A DNA stretch of 64,000 bases from Nemertoderma westbladi. Its lineage: Eukaryota > Animalia > Xenacoelomorpha. The position numbers and the translations under genes are program-made. A model generated the notes under the pieces. The model did no database searches. It worked only from the letters and a program-made list of their open reading frames with translations, and was not told where the DNA came from. Positions 37,509 through 56,705 of this stretch are shown here, piece after piece. Every line of letters starts with the position of its first letter. Within the stretch, counting starts at the first letter, position 1. The DNA lies in the NCBI GenBank assembly GCA_032718475.1, contig JAUCBJ010003600.1:1-64000 (forward strand), written 5' to 3'.

Positions 37509-37584
37509 GATGGTTAAAATTATAAAAATATGTTTTTTGCAATATTTCTGAGCCGAAGTATGAAGCTGAAATACAATATCTCAC

Positions 37585-39387
37585 TAATACTGTATACTGT
37601 TAATATAAACAAGTACACCCGCAATACTGTATACTGTTAATATAAACAACTACCCGCGATACTGTATACTGTTAATATAAACAACTACCCGCGATACTAT
37701 ACTGGTAATATAAACAACTACCCGCGATACTGTATACTGTTAATATAAACAACTACCCGCGATAATGTATACTGGTAATATAAACAACTACCCGCGGTAC
37801 TGTATACTGTTAATATAAACAACTACCCGCGATACTGTATACTGTTAATATGAACAACTACCCATGATACTGTATACTGTTAATATAAACAACTACCCGC
37901 GATATTGTATACTGTTAATAAACAACTACCCGCGATACTGTATACTGTTAATAAAAACAACTACCCGCGATACTGTATACTGTTAATATAAACAACTACC
38001 CGCGATAGTGTATACTGTTAATATAAACAACTACCCGCGATACTGTATACTGTTACTAAAAAAAAAACTACCCGCGATACTGTATACTGTTAATATAAAC
38101 AACTACCCGCGATACTGTATACTGTTAATATAAACAACTACCCGCGATACTGTTAATATAAACAACTACCCGCGATACTGTATACTATTAATATAAACAA
38201 CTACCCGCGATATTGTATACTGTTAATATAAACAACTACCCGCGATACTGTATACTGTTAATATAAACAACTACCCGCGATACTATACTGGTAATATAAA
38301 CAACTACCCGCGATACTGTATACTGTTAATATAAACAACTACCCGCGATATTGTATACTGTTAATAAACAACTACCCGCGATACTGTATACTGTTAATAA
38401 AAACAACTACCCGCGATACTGTATACTGTTAATATAAACAACTACCCGCGATAGCGTATACTGTTAATATAAACAACTACCCGCGATACTGTATACTGTT
38501 ACTAAAAAAAAAACTACCCGCGATACTGTATATTGTTAATATAAACAACTACCCGCGATACTGTTAATATAAACAACTACCCGCGATACTGTATACTATT
38601 AATATAAACAACTACCCGCGATATTGTATACTGTTAATATAAACAACTACCCGCGATACTGTATACTGTTAATATAAACAACTACCCGCGATACTATACT
38701 GGTAATATAAACAACTACCCGCGATACTGTATACAGTTAATATAAACAACTACCCGCGATATTGTATACTGTTAATAAACAACTACCCGCGATACTGTAT
38801 ACTGTTAATAAAAACAACTACCCGCGATACTGTATACTGTTAATAAAAACAACTACCCGCGATACTGTATACTGTTAATATAAACAACTACCCGCGATGA
38901 TATTGATATTGATATTGATTTATTAGTGACGGGACACATAATAGATAATATTTAAGTTGGTATAGACCGTTAGCAACCATACAATTGTTATAGATACAGT
39001 ACGAGATATTTTTGTTATGAAATTAAATCAGTATGGTATGAAAAATATATGAACAGTACATCTTACGCGAGTTATATCGATAAAATTGTCACTTAATGGG
39101 ATAGCCACATGAGGCGCACCTCGTTTCCATGTGGGTCCCCGATACTGTATACTGTTAATATAAACAACTACCCGCGATACTATATACTGTTAATATAAAC
39201 AACTACCCGCGATACTGTATACTGTTAATATAAACAACTACCCGCGATACTGTATACTGTTAATATAAACAACTACCCGCGATACTGTATACTGTTAATA
39301 TAAACAACTACCCGCGATATTGTATACTGTTAATATAAACAACTACCCGCGATACTGTATACTGTTAATATAAACAACTACCCGCGA
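37585..39387. repeat. 35-bp minisatellite, interrupted at ~38898-39139
   Basis: Unit aaacaactacccgcgatactgtatactgttaatat. Confidence 0.95.
38898..39139 (-). mobile_element. Short retroposon-like 3' end (AATAAA plus (TCAATA)n tail) inserted in the minisatellite
   Basis: gatattgatattgatattgatttatt followed by unique sequence; the array resumes at 39139. Confidence 0.5.
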
Positions 39388-39388
39388 G

Positions 39389-39630
39389 ATGTGGTCGAGA
39401 ATAGTCTCCAACACTCCGCTAGCTCCAACAGTAGCACCCAAACCTACATACGATACTTATTGTGTTATACGATTTGTACCAACAGTCTCCAAAGCTATAA
39501 AAACAATCCTTGATCAGATTGGATTGCACACATTTAATTTCAAACGTAGCACTCGGTCAAATAAATTGGACCAGACGAACTACCAATTTAAACTTCGGTC
39601 TAATAGCAGTCAATAGTGCTGGTTTACAAG
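39389..39630 (+). mobile_element. Possible Penelope-like RT/GIY-YIG linker fragment
   Basis: YCVIRFVPTVSKAIKTILDQIGLHT resembles the PLE linker (LPYVPGLSEKIKRIL); degenerate. Confidence 0.35.
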
Positions 39631-40105
39631 GCTGAGATACTGTAACTCCCTCTTGAAATGACTCCCCAATCGTCTCAGCCTAGGCTGAGAACACTCCCCA
39701 CCACCAGTTATGACTCCCCTTAGGCTGAGATGACTCCCCTTAGGCTGATATGACTCCCCTTAGGCGGAGATGACTCCCCTTAGGCTGAGATGACTCCCCT
39801 TTGGCTGAGATGACTCCCCTTAGGCTGAGATGAAGCCCCTCAGGCTGAGATGACTCCCCTTAGGCTGATATGACTCCCCTAATTGAGTTATAATTCATAT
39901 CCGTACCTGTGCTATTTCCGTATATTGCAAAAATTAAACTGTTACCTATGTTAATGAGTTGTCGTTTATTGTTTTGGTTAGAAAAGCCCGCCACTGTAAC
40001 CTGCTCCTTTCCGTTAATTAAGAAATCTAGGAAGAAAACTGGGTAGTGTTCTCAGCCTAGGCTGAGAAGACTGGGGAGTCATATTTGGTGGGGAGTTATC
40101 TCAGC
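39631..40105. mobile_element. MITE-like element with imperfect TIRs and internal 20-bp repeats (taggctgagatgactcccct)
   Basis: ggctgagat..gactccccaatcgtctcagcctaggctgagaacact is inverted as agtgttctcagcctaggctgagaagactggggagtc..atctcagcc. Confidence 0.65.
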
Positions 40106-42480
40106 CAGTTACATCGGACGAACTTAAAATTTTTTTTACAAAGTTTAAGTTGACTCGATATGAAACTGTTTCGAAAATTTCTACAAATTTACTCCGATTT
40201 AAAGAGGGTTGGGAAAGAAGGTTAAACTCATGCAGGCAATATGTAAAATAGACTGTAATGCCTGAACTGACCATAATTACATTGGGAAACTTAAACGAAA
40301 ACATGTAAAGCGCCACAATGAACATTATTTATGGAGAGTGTTAGAGTTTTTACTGACAGTGTTGGTGGTGGGCTTAAAATTTGAATTTAAATAATGGTAA
40401 TTGGTAAATAAAAAGTATCGATTTACAGTTATATGCGGTCTTATATAATGGCTATAAACGTTGTGAAATAACACAACACTGTATCGACAATGGCCACTTA
40501 TTCGACGAATATAACGTGTCAGTTCTAGACTCCCATATATAGATCCAACCGATTTGGCAACTCACAAAACTATTCAAATACGAACTAATTTATATACATA
40601 TATTTTTATAATAATTTATTTTACCAGGAATAAAACGACATTAAAAATTGTACTTTCTTTGATGAGTGACACTTATATACTTATATGAACTTACATTAAT
40701 ATTTTTCCACATTCACTGTTCTGTACACTCGTAATTTTTGAAAAAGACACTTACTCTGCTATAAACAGTACAATAACACTTATTGTAACATGAGAAAACC
40801 TACCAAATCCAATGATACATTTCTCTGTTTGTGGGAAAGTATGTTTGTTTGTTGTGGTGGGAAATTTCAAAAAGGTCAGGGTATCATATTCTGTATCACT
40901 ACCCGTCTAAATACTATAGAGAAAAGTTGTCTTTGCCTGACCCCGTAAGAGATCAGAAATATTGCCATAAAGTTGTAAATAGTAAATGTGGCTGTAAATA
41001 AAATAGTCATATTCCAAACAGTATGAGTCAAAAATGAGCTCCCTACTGCACGATAATTTAACTCGCAGAAATAAGCTGTTTCCTTATTAAAAATTGTATT
41101 AGTTCAACTCAGAGCAGAGGACCCCATGTAACCGGAATTTTCAATTTTACATTTAAATTTTTACTTTAGCGTTTTATAAAAGTGTCTTTTACGAAATTGT
41201 TGCCTTCGTTTCGTTGTCATTTTTCTCATCAATAGTGATTTATTTTTTATATTTGAAAGTTTGCATTGTGAGGATTCCAAATATGCATAAATGTCTAAAT
41301 TTCGTTGATAAACAAATGAGATATGGGCGTTCTAAGATTGCAAGAAGTATCTTTCATTATAATATACCAGTTATTTATGTATATGTGTAGCTATGGATAC
41401 ATAAATATAATAATATATAATAAATAGGATAAATAAATACGATTTTTATCATAAAAATGATAAAAATAATAACACGTTCTAGAATGTTGTGTTTATATTA
41501 ACTATAATAAATGACTTCCAGCGAATGATAATTTATCACAATCTTTGAACGCCAGTATTATATCACAGCTGTTTCTCAACGAAACTCAAAATATATTTAT
41601 ATTTGGAATCCTTACAACTCAAGCTTTCTAAAAATATGCCATTGTGGCTAATAATATGAGGAATGGCCGTGATGCAATGAGGGCGATATCGCAAACGTTA
41701 AACGTATATAAATTCAAAATAGAAAATTATACGTAGCTCCATGTTAAATAAAGTATGATACAGATTGTATAAAAATAAGGTGGGGTGTGGGTTAGGGGTG
41801 TCCCTTCTTATCTAAAATGACACTTTATTACGGGCAAGGTGTTATATAATATAATACACCTTGTTGTATGCCTAAGTAATTGGACTGTGTGGCAGACCTA
41901 AAAATGAAAGTTTTTATTATACATTACCGGTTGTATTCTCTTACAGTTACTTTACTGCATTGCAGTACCGGTACGCATATTGGTACCATTATAGTTTGTT
42001 TATTTAAGTAGAACTACCAGTTGGTTAAAACGCCATTGATACAAACCAATAACAAACACCCTAACATATAACTGAATACATAATATTATTAAGCTAATTG
42101 CTGGTTTATTAGTTTATTTTTATGTTACATTTACCGAAACCAAACCGCACCTAAAACTATCCGACTACAGGGACTATGTTGTAATGGTCTATATTCTGAT
42201 ATTAGACTAATTTAAATTTCGTTCCCATGGTACCCAATATTGGCAGGAGGCAGTGAAGGTAATGTTCAGTTAATCCGCATCATATCGGTAAGTAAATTAT
42301 TAATTAAATAAAATAAAATTAAATACCGGTAATAGGCCCCTAATAATTAATGTAATTAATTCATTTAAGTGTTATAATGCTTATTACTTACTATGGTACG
42401 TGGTACGGTACTGAATTAGACCCTAGGCCTAATTAATTAATTTAACGTGTTTTAATAAAGGAGGTCTATTAATTAATTAC

Positions 42481-43336
42481 CTGTAATAATATGCCGGTCA
42501 TCTTTACAGAAATCGACAGCACGGATGCGGTTCCCCGTTCCTTCAATCCGGTTGATAACCTCCCCAGTTACAGAATTTAGAATATAAATCAACCCGGTGT
42601 TCCTCCCAACAGCAGCGATTCTGGATCCGTTCGGACTCAATACGATCGTCAGGACCTCAGGAGTTGCTTCCTGTTTCCACAAGGTCTCCCCTGAACCAAC
42701 AACGAAGCGATGGATCCCTCCTCCCTCATCTACCGACACCACTGACTCCCCATCCGGACCCCAACCCAGACTGTAGAACCTCCCACTGTACCCCCGGTAT
42801 TGATACAACATCTCCCGGGTTCCGGTCAACCAAACTTTTACTGTTCTATCCTCCGAACAGCTGGCCAACCGGGACCCGTTCGAGTCGAACCGAATACAGT
42901 AAACCGACCCAGAATGCCCCACCCAGTTCGTAACCTCATAGTTCCCCCCAGTTACTGATATAATAGAAATCCCCCCGTTGGACCCACAAGTTACAATGAC
43001 GTCCCGGTTGGAGGGATTTATATCTATTCCCAACCTCCATTCATGCTCCCCCCCACCAACCACTAACTTCCTCCCCGGTACCTCCACTACGACCCTCCAA
43101 CCGGTCGCTTCCCGCTCCCAGACAGTCACCAACCCCCTCCAACCGGTTCCCGAGGCAACGCGGTTCCCGTCCGTAGAAACCGCGACTGTTTCGTAGTAAT
43201 CGTTAGAACCTCCGGATCCCGGTAGATCTTCCTTTTTGTAGAGAGTTGTTGAATTTATGATACAGGGGAGGTTGTGAGACACAAAGACAACCTCCTCGGT
43301 ACCCGGGATCATTTTGAGTTCCCGGATCGGCGCCAT
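42481..43336 (-). CDS. ROCO gene exon 1: WD40 beta-propeller (~7 blades)
   Basis: GHSGSVYCIRFDSNGSRLASCSEDRTVKVW and related repeats; donor ACAG|GTAATT at 42481/42480 (phase 1); acceptor ttttAG| at 43356 upstream of the ATG. Confidence 0.9.
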
Positions 43337-44026
43337 TGTTAGGGGGATTATTGAATCTAAAAGATAAAATAAAGTAAATTGCCGCTAAATTGCTAAAGTA
43401 CTAATAAGTATTACAGCGCTAGTAATTGTTATTAGATAGTCAGCGTAGCCAGTAATTATTTACTAGCTGTTTTTATTTATTCGGTTTGTATAAACGATCA
43501 ATATAATATTTAATTTATTTTTAATGTTCCAGTAAAACAAAGTGTTCTAGAACCTTAATTGATAACGAACTTGTTCTAGGAGATTAAAAAGTAGCGACAA
43601 CTAGTTAGTTTAAATAATTTAGGTTTTTTTTAAATAAAATGTTCTAGAACAAAATAAATATGTTCTAGAACATGAATATTGAACATCCAGTATTTGTGCT
43701 ACATACCGTAGTTAGTATAAGGTTTGGTATTTAATAAATATACGGAAGGAAACCTTTTCAAACTAAAATTTATTTAGTTATTTTGCAAATAAGTTTTGCA
43801 AGTAATTTGACCAAAAATTCATTCAAAAACTTAAAAGTTATTGCAATTTTAGTGTCTGAAAGACGAACTCCATAACGGAACTCAATAACCACTATTGGTT
43901 TATGTAGTTAAGCGGCTCTCTAGTTACTTAATAAATATCCGAGAACACTAAATTATTTAACATTGAGTTAAGGCAGCCATCAGGAGTTGGGGAGTTCAAT
44001 AACAAAAAAGTAACAATATAATTACG

Positions 44027-45561
44027 TATTACTACTACTATTACTACTAGGATCGGCATGCTGCATTGCAGCTGCATTTTTAAGAATGCTGTGCCGGCTT
44101 GTCAACAAAATTGCACCGCCACAACTCCCTATCACCCATGACATTTGCTAGATCATCCGCATCTTCAAGGCCAGTGTCCTTTAAGATGCGTCTCAAGAAA
44201 GTCATGGGCTGTCCACTATGCTTATTCACTCCATGAGGCTGCCAAAGTACAAGATTATGCACTGGCTGGTCCTCACGGCGAAAGCAATGTCCTGCAAAGC
44301 GGAGACGATTTTGTTCTAGTGTCAAGCTTGGGGGAACCAATGAGACACCTCCAATGTTATATAGTGTCTGGTTGGAGATGTGTGCATTGTACTTGGCACA
44401 ATTAACCCGGCGTAGCATTCTTGTGAATGTGCCATCCAGAAATTTGGTGTCCTCAGCAGTTAGAGCCCAGCATGGACTCCCATAGAGGAGTACTGGAACT
44501 ACTGCTGCTCTAAATAATCGGACCTTAAGTTTTCGATTAATTCTCGGTGACTTCCAAATCCTGGAAAGCCTATTCAAGGCTGCCCGTGCCTTTCCCTTAC
44601 GTATTCAAAGGTCCTCACCTGACTTCCGGATCCATGATCCCAGGTAACAGAAGTCGTCCACATGCTCAAGCATACCATCCTTTGAGTTATGCTCATCCGA
44701 TCAGAGACTTGCTGAGGACTTTCAAAGTTAACTGTCAGAATTTTGGTCTTTCTGGAGTTAATAAAAAGACCAACACTAGAAGCAGCATTTTCTAATGAGC
44801 TGAGGAGCCGTTGGGCTCCCTCTAATGATTCTGAGAGTACTCATAAGTCATCAGCAAAGTCTAGATCAGTTAGGCACTTGGCAGGATTTCCTCGACTTCT
44901 GGAGCCAGTAGGTGGAGTTATCATCACCCCATCATCATTATGATGATCTAAGGACATGCGTAGAACATAGTCAACCACAATAATGAACAAGAATGGTGCA
45001 AGTGTGTCTCCTTGGGGGACGCCCCATAACACTTCAAATGGTTCTGTGTCACCGTCAACAGTAGACACAAATGTTGTCGAACCATCGTATACTGATCTGA
45101 TTGCTGCAATAATTTCATACGGAATCCCATATAATGAAAGTATGCTGAACATACGTGAGCGAGAGACTGAATCAAATTCCTTGAAGAAGTCAACAAAGAT
45201 AACAGCCAGATGCCTGTCTTTCTTTTTTGATAATTCTTCAATTATCCTTCTAAGTGCCAAAATGGGCTCCATGGTCCCACGACCTTTACGGAACCCATTC
45301 TGATTTCCACGGAGCAGTCTCTCAATGGGATCCTTGATGCGATTTAATAGAATCTTATTGTATAGCTTTGCAGCAATCGAGATCAATGAGATTCCCCGAA
45401 AAGAACCATAGAGTGTTAGGTTGCCCTTCTTGGGAACTACTGGCACCAACTTATTTGTTTTCATTTCTTGTGGGACTCTTGTTGTGGGGCGAGCCACGAA
45501 GTTGGCGGAGCCTTAGCGAATTGACACTGTTAGGGGGTGGGTCAATTTATGCAAATAGTTG

Positions 45562-45593
<32 letters not shown>

Positions 45594-46228
45594 GTCGTTG
45601 TCGTCGTCGTTACGATTTTGACATGCTAATAACTTTGTCGGATTTAAAGCTGCCAAGTTGAAAATTTGTAGGTATCAATATGAGCAAAAGTTGAGATTTT
45701 TGAGAGACTTTCAGACACCATCAGTGCAATGGTCTCCCGCTAGAGGGCCACATGTCTAAACATTAAATGCCCTCCCATTTCTTTGCTTTTAATCCGTTTA
45801 AGCTGAAACTTGGCAGATATGTATTAGACCATTAGCTGTGACTTTCAAAGGAGGCGAATCCATCTGCAGTTCTCCAGTCTGCCGCTAGAGGGCCAACGTG
45901 ACAACGACAACTATTTGCATAAATTGACCCACCCCCTAACAGTGTCAATTCGCTAAGGCTTCGCCAACTTCGTGCTGCGCGAAGTCCCCACTTCGTGTAC
46001 GGTACATGTCTACTATGATGGGATAGATGAGCTTTAAACACTCAGGTATTTTAAAGACCTCAGGGGGAACACCATCTACTCCACTGGCACGATTGGTCTT
46101 AATGCTCTTTGCAGCAGCCTTCACTTCTGCAAAGGAGATATCGCCGATGGGAATATCTGGGAGTACAGACTCAGACACTTTTACTTCTATAAAGTTATCA
46201 GGCAATACCCTGTCATTATTGAGGAGCG
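44027..46228 (-). mobile_element. 5'-truncated RTE-clade LINE (RT plus C-terminus, (TAG)n-like tail), frameshifted
   Basis: RASGVDGVPPEVFK, PKKGNL..FRGISL, QNGFRKGRG, FVDFFKEFDSV, GVPQGDTLAPFLF, DFADDL, LLYGSPCW, RLRFAGHCFR; tail tactactac at ~44030-44050. Confidence 0.93.
45483..45995. mobile_element. Non-autonomous element (Helentron/HINE-like or MITE) inserted in the RTE RT
   Basis: ~75-bp inverted repeats (45495-45570 / 45900-45974), (GTC)n microsatellite, terminal hairpin cgaagt-cccc-acttcg, flanking TGT duplication; excision restores MYRTRVPQE. Confidence 0.75.
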
Positions 46229-46235
46229 TATTACG

Positions 46236-46365
46236 TATTACATGGGAAAAAAGTGGAACATTTCTTTTCAATATTCTCTCGACCCTTTATTAACCTCGCT
46301 GACGCGGTAAATAAAATGCCTCGAGAATAGTGAAAAAAAGTTCTACTTTTTCTCCCATGTAATAA
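46236..46365. repeat. Imperfect ~130-bp palindrome (MITE-like hairpin)
   Basis: tattacatgggaaaaaagtggaac...tattctctcga vs tcgagaata...gttctactttttctcccatgtaata. Confidence 0.7.
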
Positions 46366-48507
46366 ATAATTATTATTTGTTGTATATAAGTCACTTTTTT
46401 AGTCAAAGTCGTTTGTCAAGTTTGACATAAAAATAGCACTTTTTCTGCCAACACAAAAAGTAATGTTTCCATGACATTAATTATAATATTGCATTTAAAT
46501 AGATTAAATAGATAATTTCTATAATAATAGCTAGTTTTTGCTTATTTTATTATAAATGTTCTAGAACAAGTGTTGGTTATCAATTTTGATAAATATTTTT
46601 GTTCTTGAACACATTTTTTTTCTAGAACATTTTTAGGAAAAAAAATACCATACTACTGTCAGAAGGTCAAATATTTGTTCTAGAATAAAAACCTCATGAT
46701 AAAAGCCTATTTATATGAAAAAAATTGGTTAAACTACGGGTACCCAAGGTGTTATAGTAATGGCCGTATTTAACTAACAAACCATCAGGGCATGAATGAA
46801 TAAAGCAAAATAAAACCCAATGAACCCTCACAAAGAAGCTCACAAACTAGGGCGCTAATCCTGTAGTAACAATCAGGACGCACCTCCCGAACCTCCCTTA
46901 TTTGGCTTAGCCTAATCACACCGCACAATTTTTAGCTAGGCGCCTACACTTCACCACTTACCCCTGCTGCCCTGTTATCAGTCACAATTGACCTCATAAC
47001 TTGACACCTGGTAGTAAATGCAAAGGGTAACAAAGTCAACTGTGCCCCTTTTTTGGGCCCCAATGTAAACACCAAGCAACTAAATAAAGGTAATGCGGTT
47101 AATCTCCCCTATTTTAAAACAAATACAACGCTTACTGCAGTGGCTGGCCTGGTACAATAGTTCAACTTCCCTGATTTTTGTTAGCTAACGCATCTCAGAC
47201 TTTCCCCCTTTCACATTCCATAGGCCTGCGTCGGGCCTAGATGATCCCTACTCCATATCACAGGGATTCACCGCCTTCAAGGTTGCAAGGTACGACAGCA
47301 CGGTCTGACGGTAGGCTCTGCACGGCACTGACCGCGGACTAGGTTTTAAAAGTCTGTATTATTGATCAGCACATTGCAGAATATTAATATGTTTAGAGTT
47401 AAATTAAATTTAAATTGTATAAGCAGTCAGGCAGCACCGGACCGGTACATATTCCAGTACAGCAGTACACAAGTACAGCAGCACGGTACAGAATTCAGAA
47501 TTTTAGAGTTAAAGAGTACAACTGTACAAGTATTGTGACTTATGCACATAGAATGAATCATATGCCCGCCTGGCCTAATGCAAGACTGGCGTCCAATAGA
47601 AATGTTGCAAATGGCACCTTTTTAAATATATTTTTTGGTGGGTTGTTTAAATAATACTTTCCTAATGTTATTTGTAGGTATCGTTGCACACAGTTTAGGT
47701 ATATTATACAGTAGATTTTAGATTTCTTACGACAATATGACTGACCATAATATATTATAAAATATCAAAATTTTCTTGGTGCGTACCTAAAGATAACTAA
47801 GCTAATCTAATGCCTTTCGATAAGAATATTACAATGGCGTGTACTCTCGCCAACACTCGTGGTATATTTACTTTTTCAAGAGATACTTAAATAAGCCCAA
47901 TCCAACGTCATGTTCCTGTGTTTTCACTCAACATATCCATTCAAGATGGCGTCCATTCATTGGCAATATCCAATCTACTTATGCTAATGAGTTCTTTACT
48001 ATAGTCACTGCGTACAGGCGCATTGCATTGTTACCTTGCTAGCCATAGCCATCCATTATTATTACATTGACACAACGTTCTTTAATACAACCCCACAGAG
48101 TTCATAGAGAGTTCACAGACAGTTGTTCGCGCATACCATCTCAATCAGGCCTACGCGACCGTAGCCTACTTGTTTCAGTTTACATTCAGTGGGCTTTATT
48201 TATACAAAGGCAACGGCCAGTGTCATTTCATTCAATAACAATACTTCTGTGTTACTTACCGTAGGTAGTTGTTACGTCGGATTACAATAATTAATTATCC
48301 GTTCGCAATCAAATATTATATTAAAGTGTTTCGGGACGACGCCATCCTTTGTTATTGCAAGGACTATTAATTCATTCAAAGCAAAGGTAATTTATTTATT
48401 ATAATCCCGTATATAATTATTACGTAGCTAGACTTACTATAAGAAGGCTGAACTTATTAATTAACTTATTATTTAAATTCATTTACTCAGGTTTACTCAA
48501 TTATTTT

Positions 48508-48654
48508 GGCGCTAATCTTCTGGTAGACTCGACCGGCCAGAAGCTGAAACTGTCTGACTTTGGTAGTACGGCAGCCCGTCTGCAGTCGCAACAAACGTTC
48601 GGTGGGGAATTCCAGGGTCAACTATTGGGCACCATCGCATTTATGGCTCCAGAA
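48508..48654 (+). pseudogene. MAP3K1: Isolated kinase subdomain VIb-VIII exon of MEKK1/MAP3K1, copy 1
   Basis: [49 protein letters not shown]|gtaagt matches MAP3K1 [41 protein letters not shown]. Confidence 0.85.
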
Positions 48655-49809
48655 GTAAGTTGTAGGGAATTCAGTAGTCACTCAGTCAATTCAGTAGAAC
48701 CCTCACTGACAACTAAACTAAAAATTAAAAAGTATGTAAGACAATCACCAAACTTATTTCATAAGAAAAATTACAAATCGAAATGATATATTGGCTTTCT
48801 ATCCACATAACCTGTTAGTAAATGGGCCGTACGGCGCTATGTAATCACAACGCCATCTGATTACGATGCCATTTTATATGAAATCGCTTTAAACAGTAAC
48901 TTCCATTGAGTTTCAATACGATCTATTAACATATTTATAATGCTGAAATGTGTAGCTTTTAAATAAGCTAAAAATCGTTAAATTCCGTTAATTAGAACGC
49001 GACTTACACTTGTTTTTATAAAGAACAATATTTATTTATCCATTAATTTCACTTTTTTTACGAAATTAATTAATTCTTGACTTCACCCCCCCCCCCCCCC
49101 CCCCCCCATCCCAGTTGTTGCTGACCAATAAGAACTCAAGGATTGTTATATTGCCGTAGCCCCTCCGCTATAGACGATACAGAGAGTTAAACTTATGAAA
49201 TCATAATAAACAACATTCATTGTGTTGGAGAGATTCATTTACGGTCTGGATCAATTCAATTACAAGTCGCTTATAAGAAAGTTTGATGTTCTGGATATGA
49301 CGACGGCCGTTTAATAAAACTGTTGTAGAGGTTCCGATAATATTTCTAGCTCTTAGTTTTGGGAAGATATTTATAAATTATATTGTGTAAATTATACGCA
49401 ATATAAATATGTTTTAAAACTATAAGTTAAGATACTATTACTATTCGTTTGTACTAATTAATTGATCTATCTGAATTATTGTTAATATTTTTTTTAGGAC
49501 AGACTACATTGAACGCCGCATGATGATGAACAACGCCGCTAATACTCCACACACTGCCTAGGGATGGGTTTCTACCATGTTGAAAAATCAATGTGTATTG
49601 GTCACTCGCGATTGATAATTTATATTAATTAGAACTAATTAATTAATTATGGACACAATAATGGTGATTTAACTGTTTTTAACTGAACTGATATTAAGTT
49701 ATATAACTGTGTGTTTCAAATATTTGGTTTATATCAGTTGTTGACATTACAAATAATTATTGATTCTTATCCAAGTTACATAACTGTATTTTTTCGAATT
49801 TATCTCAAA

Positions 49810-50472
49810 GACGTTTTGTTTGAACCCCAATATCTTCATAAGAACAAAATATATTTAAAAACGGTTACTGTATTTGGAATCTGCTGTTAATTTAACACTA
49901 AAAGAAGTATCACAAGTTAACTTTTCTCTAAATGTTACAGAAACGGACAGGGAATAGTTATGTCTGCCTTTTCAAGAAAAAATACCTAAAATATCATAAA
50001 ATATCAAAAAACGTTGTGTTTGAACCCAAATATCGCGAGAACTACCAATAATATGTAAAAACGGTTACTGTATTTGGAATCTGCTGTTAATTTAACACTA
50101 AAAGAAGTATCACAAGTGAACTTTTCTCTAAATGTTACAGAAACGGACTGGGAATAGTTATGTCTGCTTTTTCAATAAAAAATACCTAAAATATCATAAA
50201 ATATCAAAAAACGTTGTGTTTGAACCCAAATATCGCGAGAACTACCAATCATATGTTAAAACGGTTACTGTATTTGGAATCTGCTGTTAATTTAACACTA
50301 AAAGAAGTATCACAAGTGAACTTTTCTCTAAATGTTACAGAAACGGACTGGGAATAGTTATGTCTGCTTTTTCAATAAAAAATACCTAAAATATCATAAA
50401 ATATCAAAAAACGTTGTGTTTGAACCAAAATATCGCGAGAACTACAAATCATATGTAAAAACGGTTACTGTT
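49810..50472. repeat. 200-bp tandem repeat, ~3.3 copies (repeated at ~61005-61667)
   Basis: acggttactg recurs at 49861, 50061, 50261 and 50461. Confidence 0.93.
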
Positions 50473-50477
50473 TTTAG

Positions 50478-56705
<6,228 letters not shown>

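Noticed and set aside
37188-37584. LSRL / IVPP repeat ORFs
   Set aside because: Artefact of a 12-bp tandem repeat inside an intron
41260-41625. Imperfect inverted repeat pair in the ROCO intron
   Set aside because: Probably internal IRs of an old MITE; ends and TSD could not be defined
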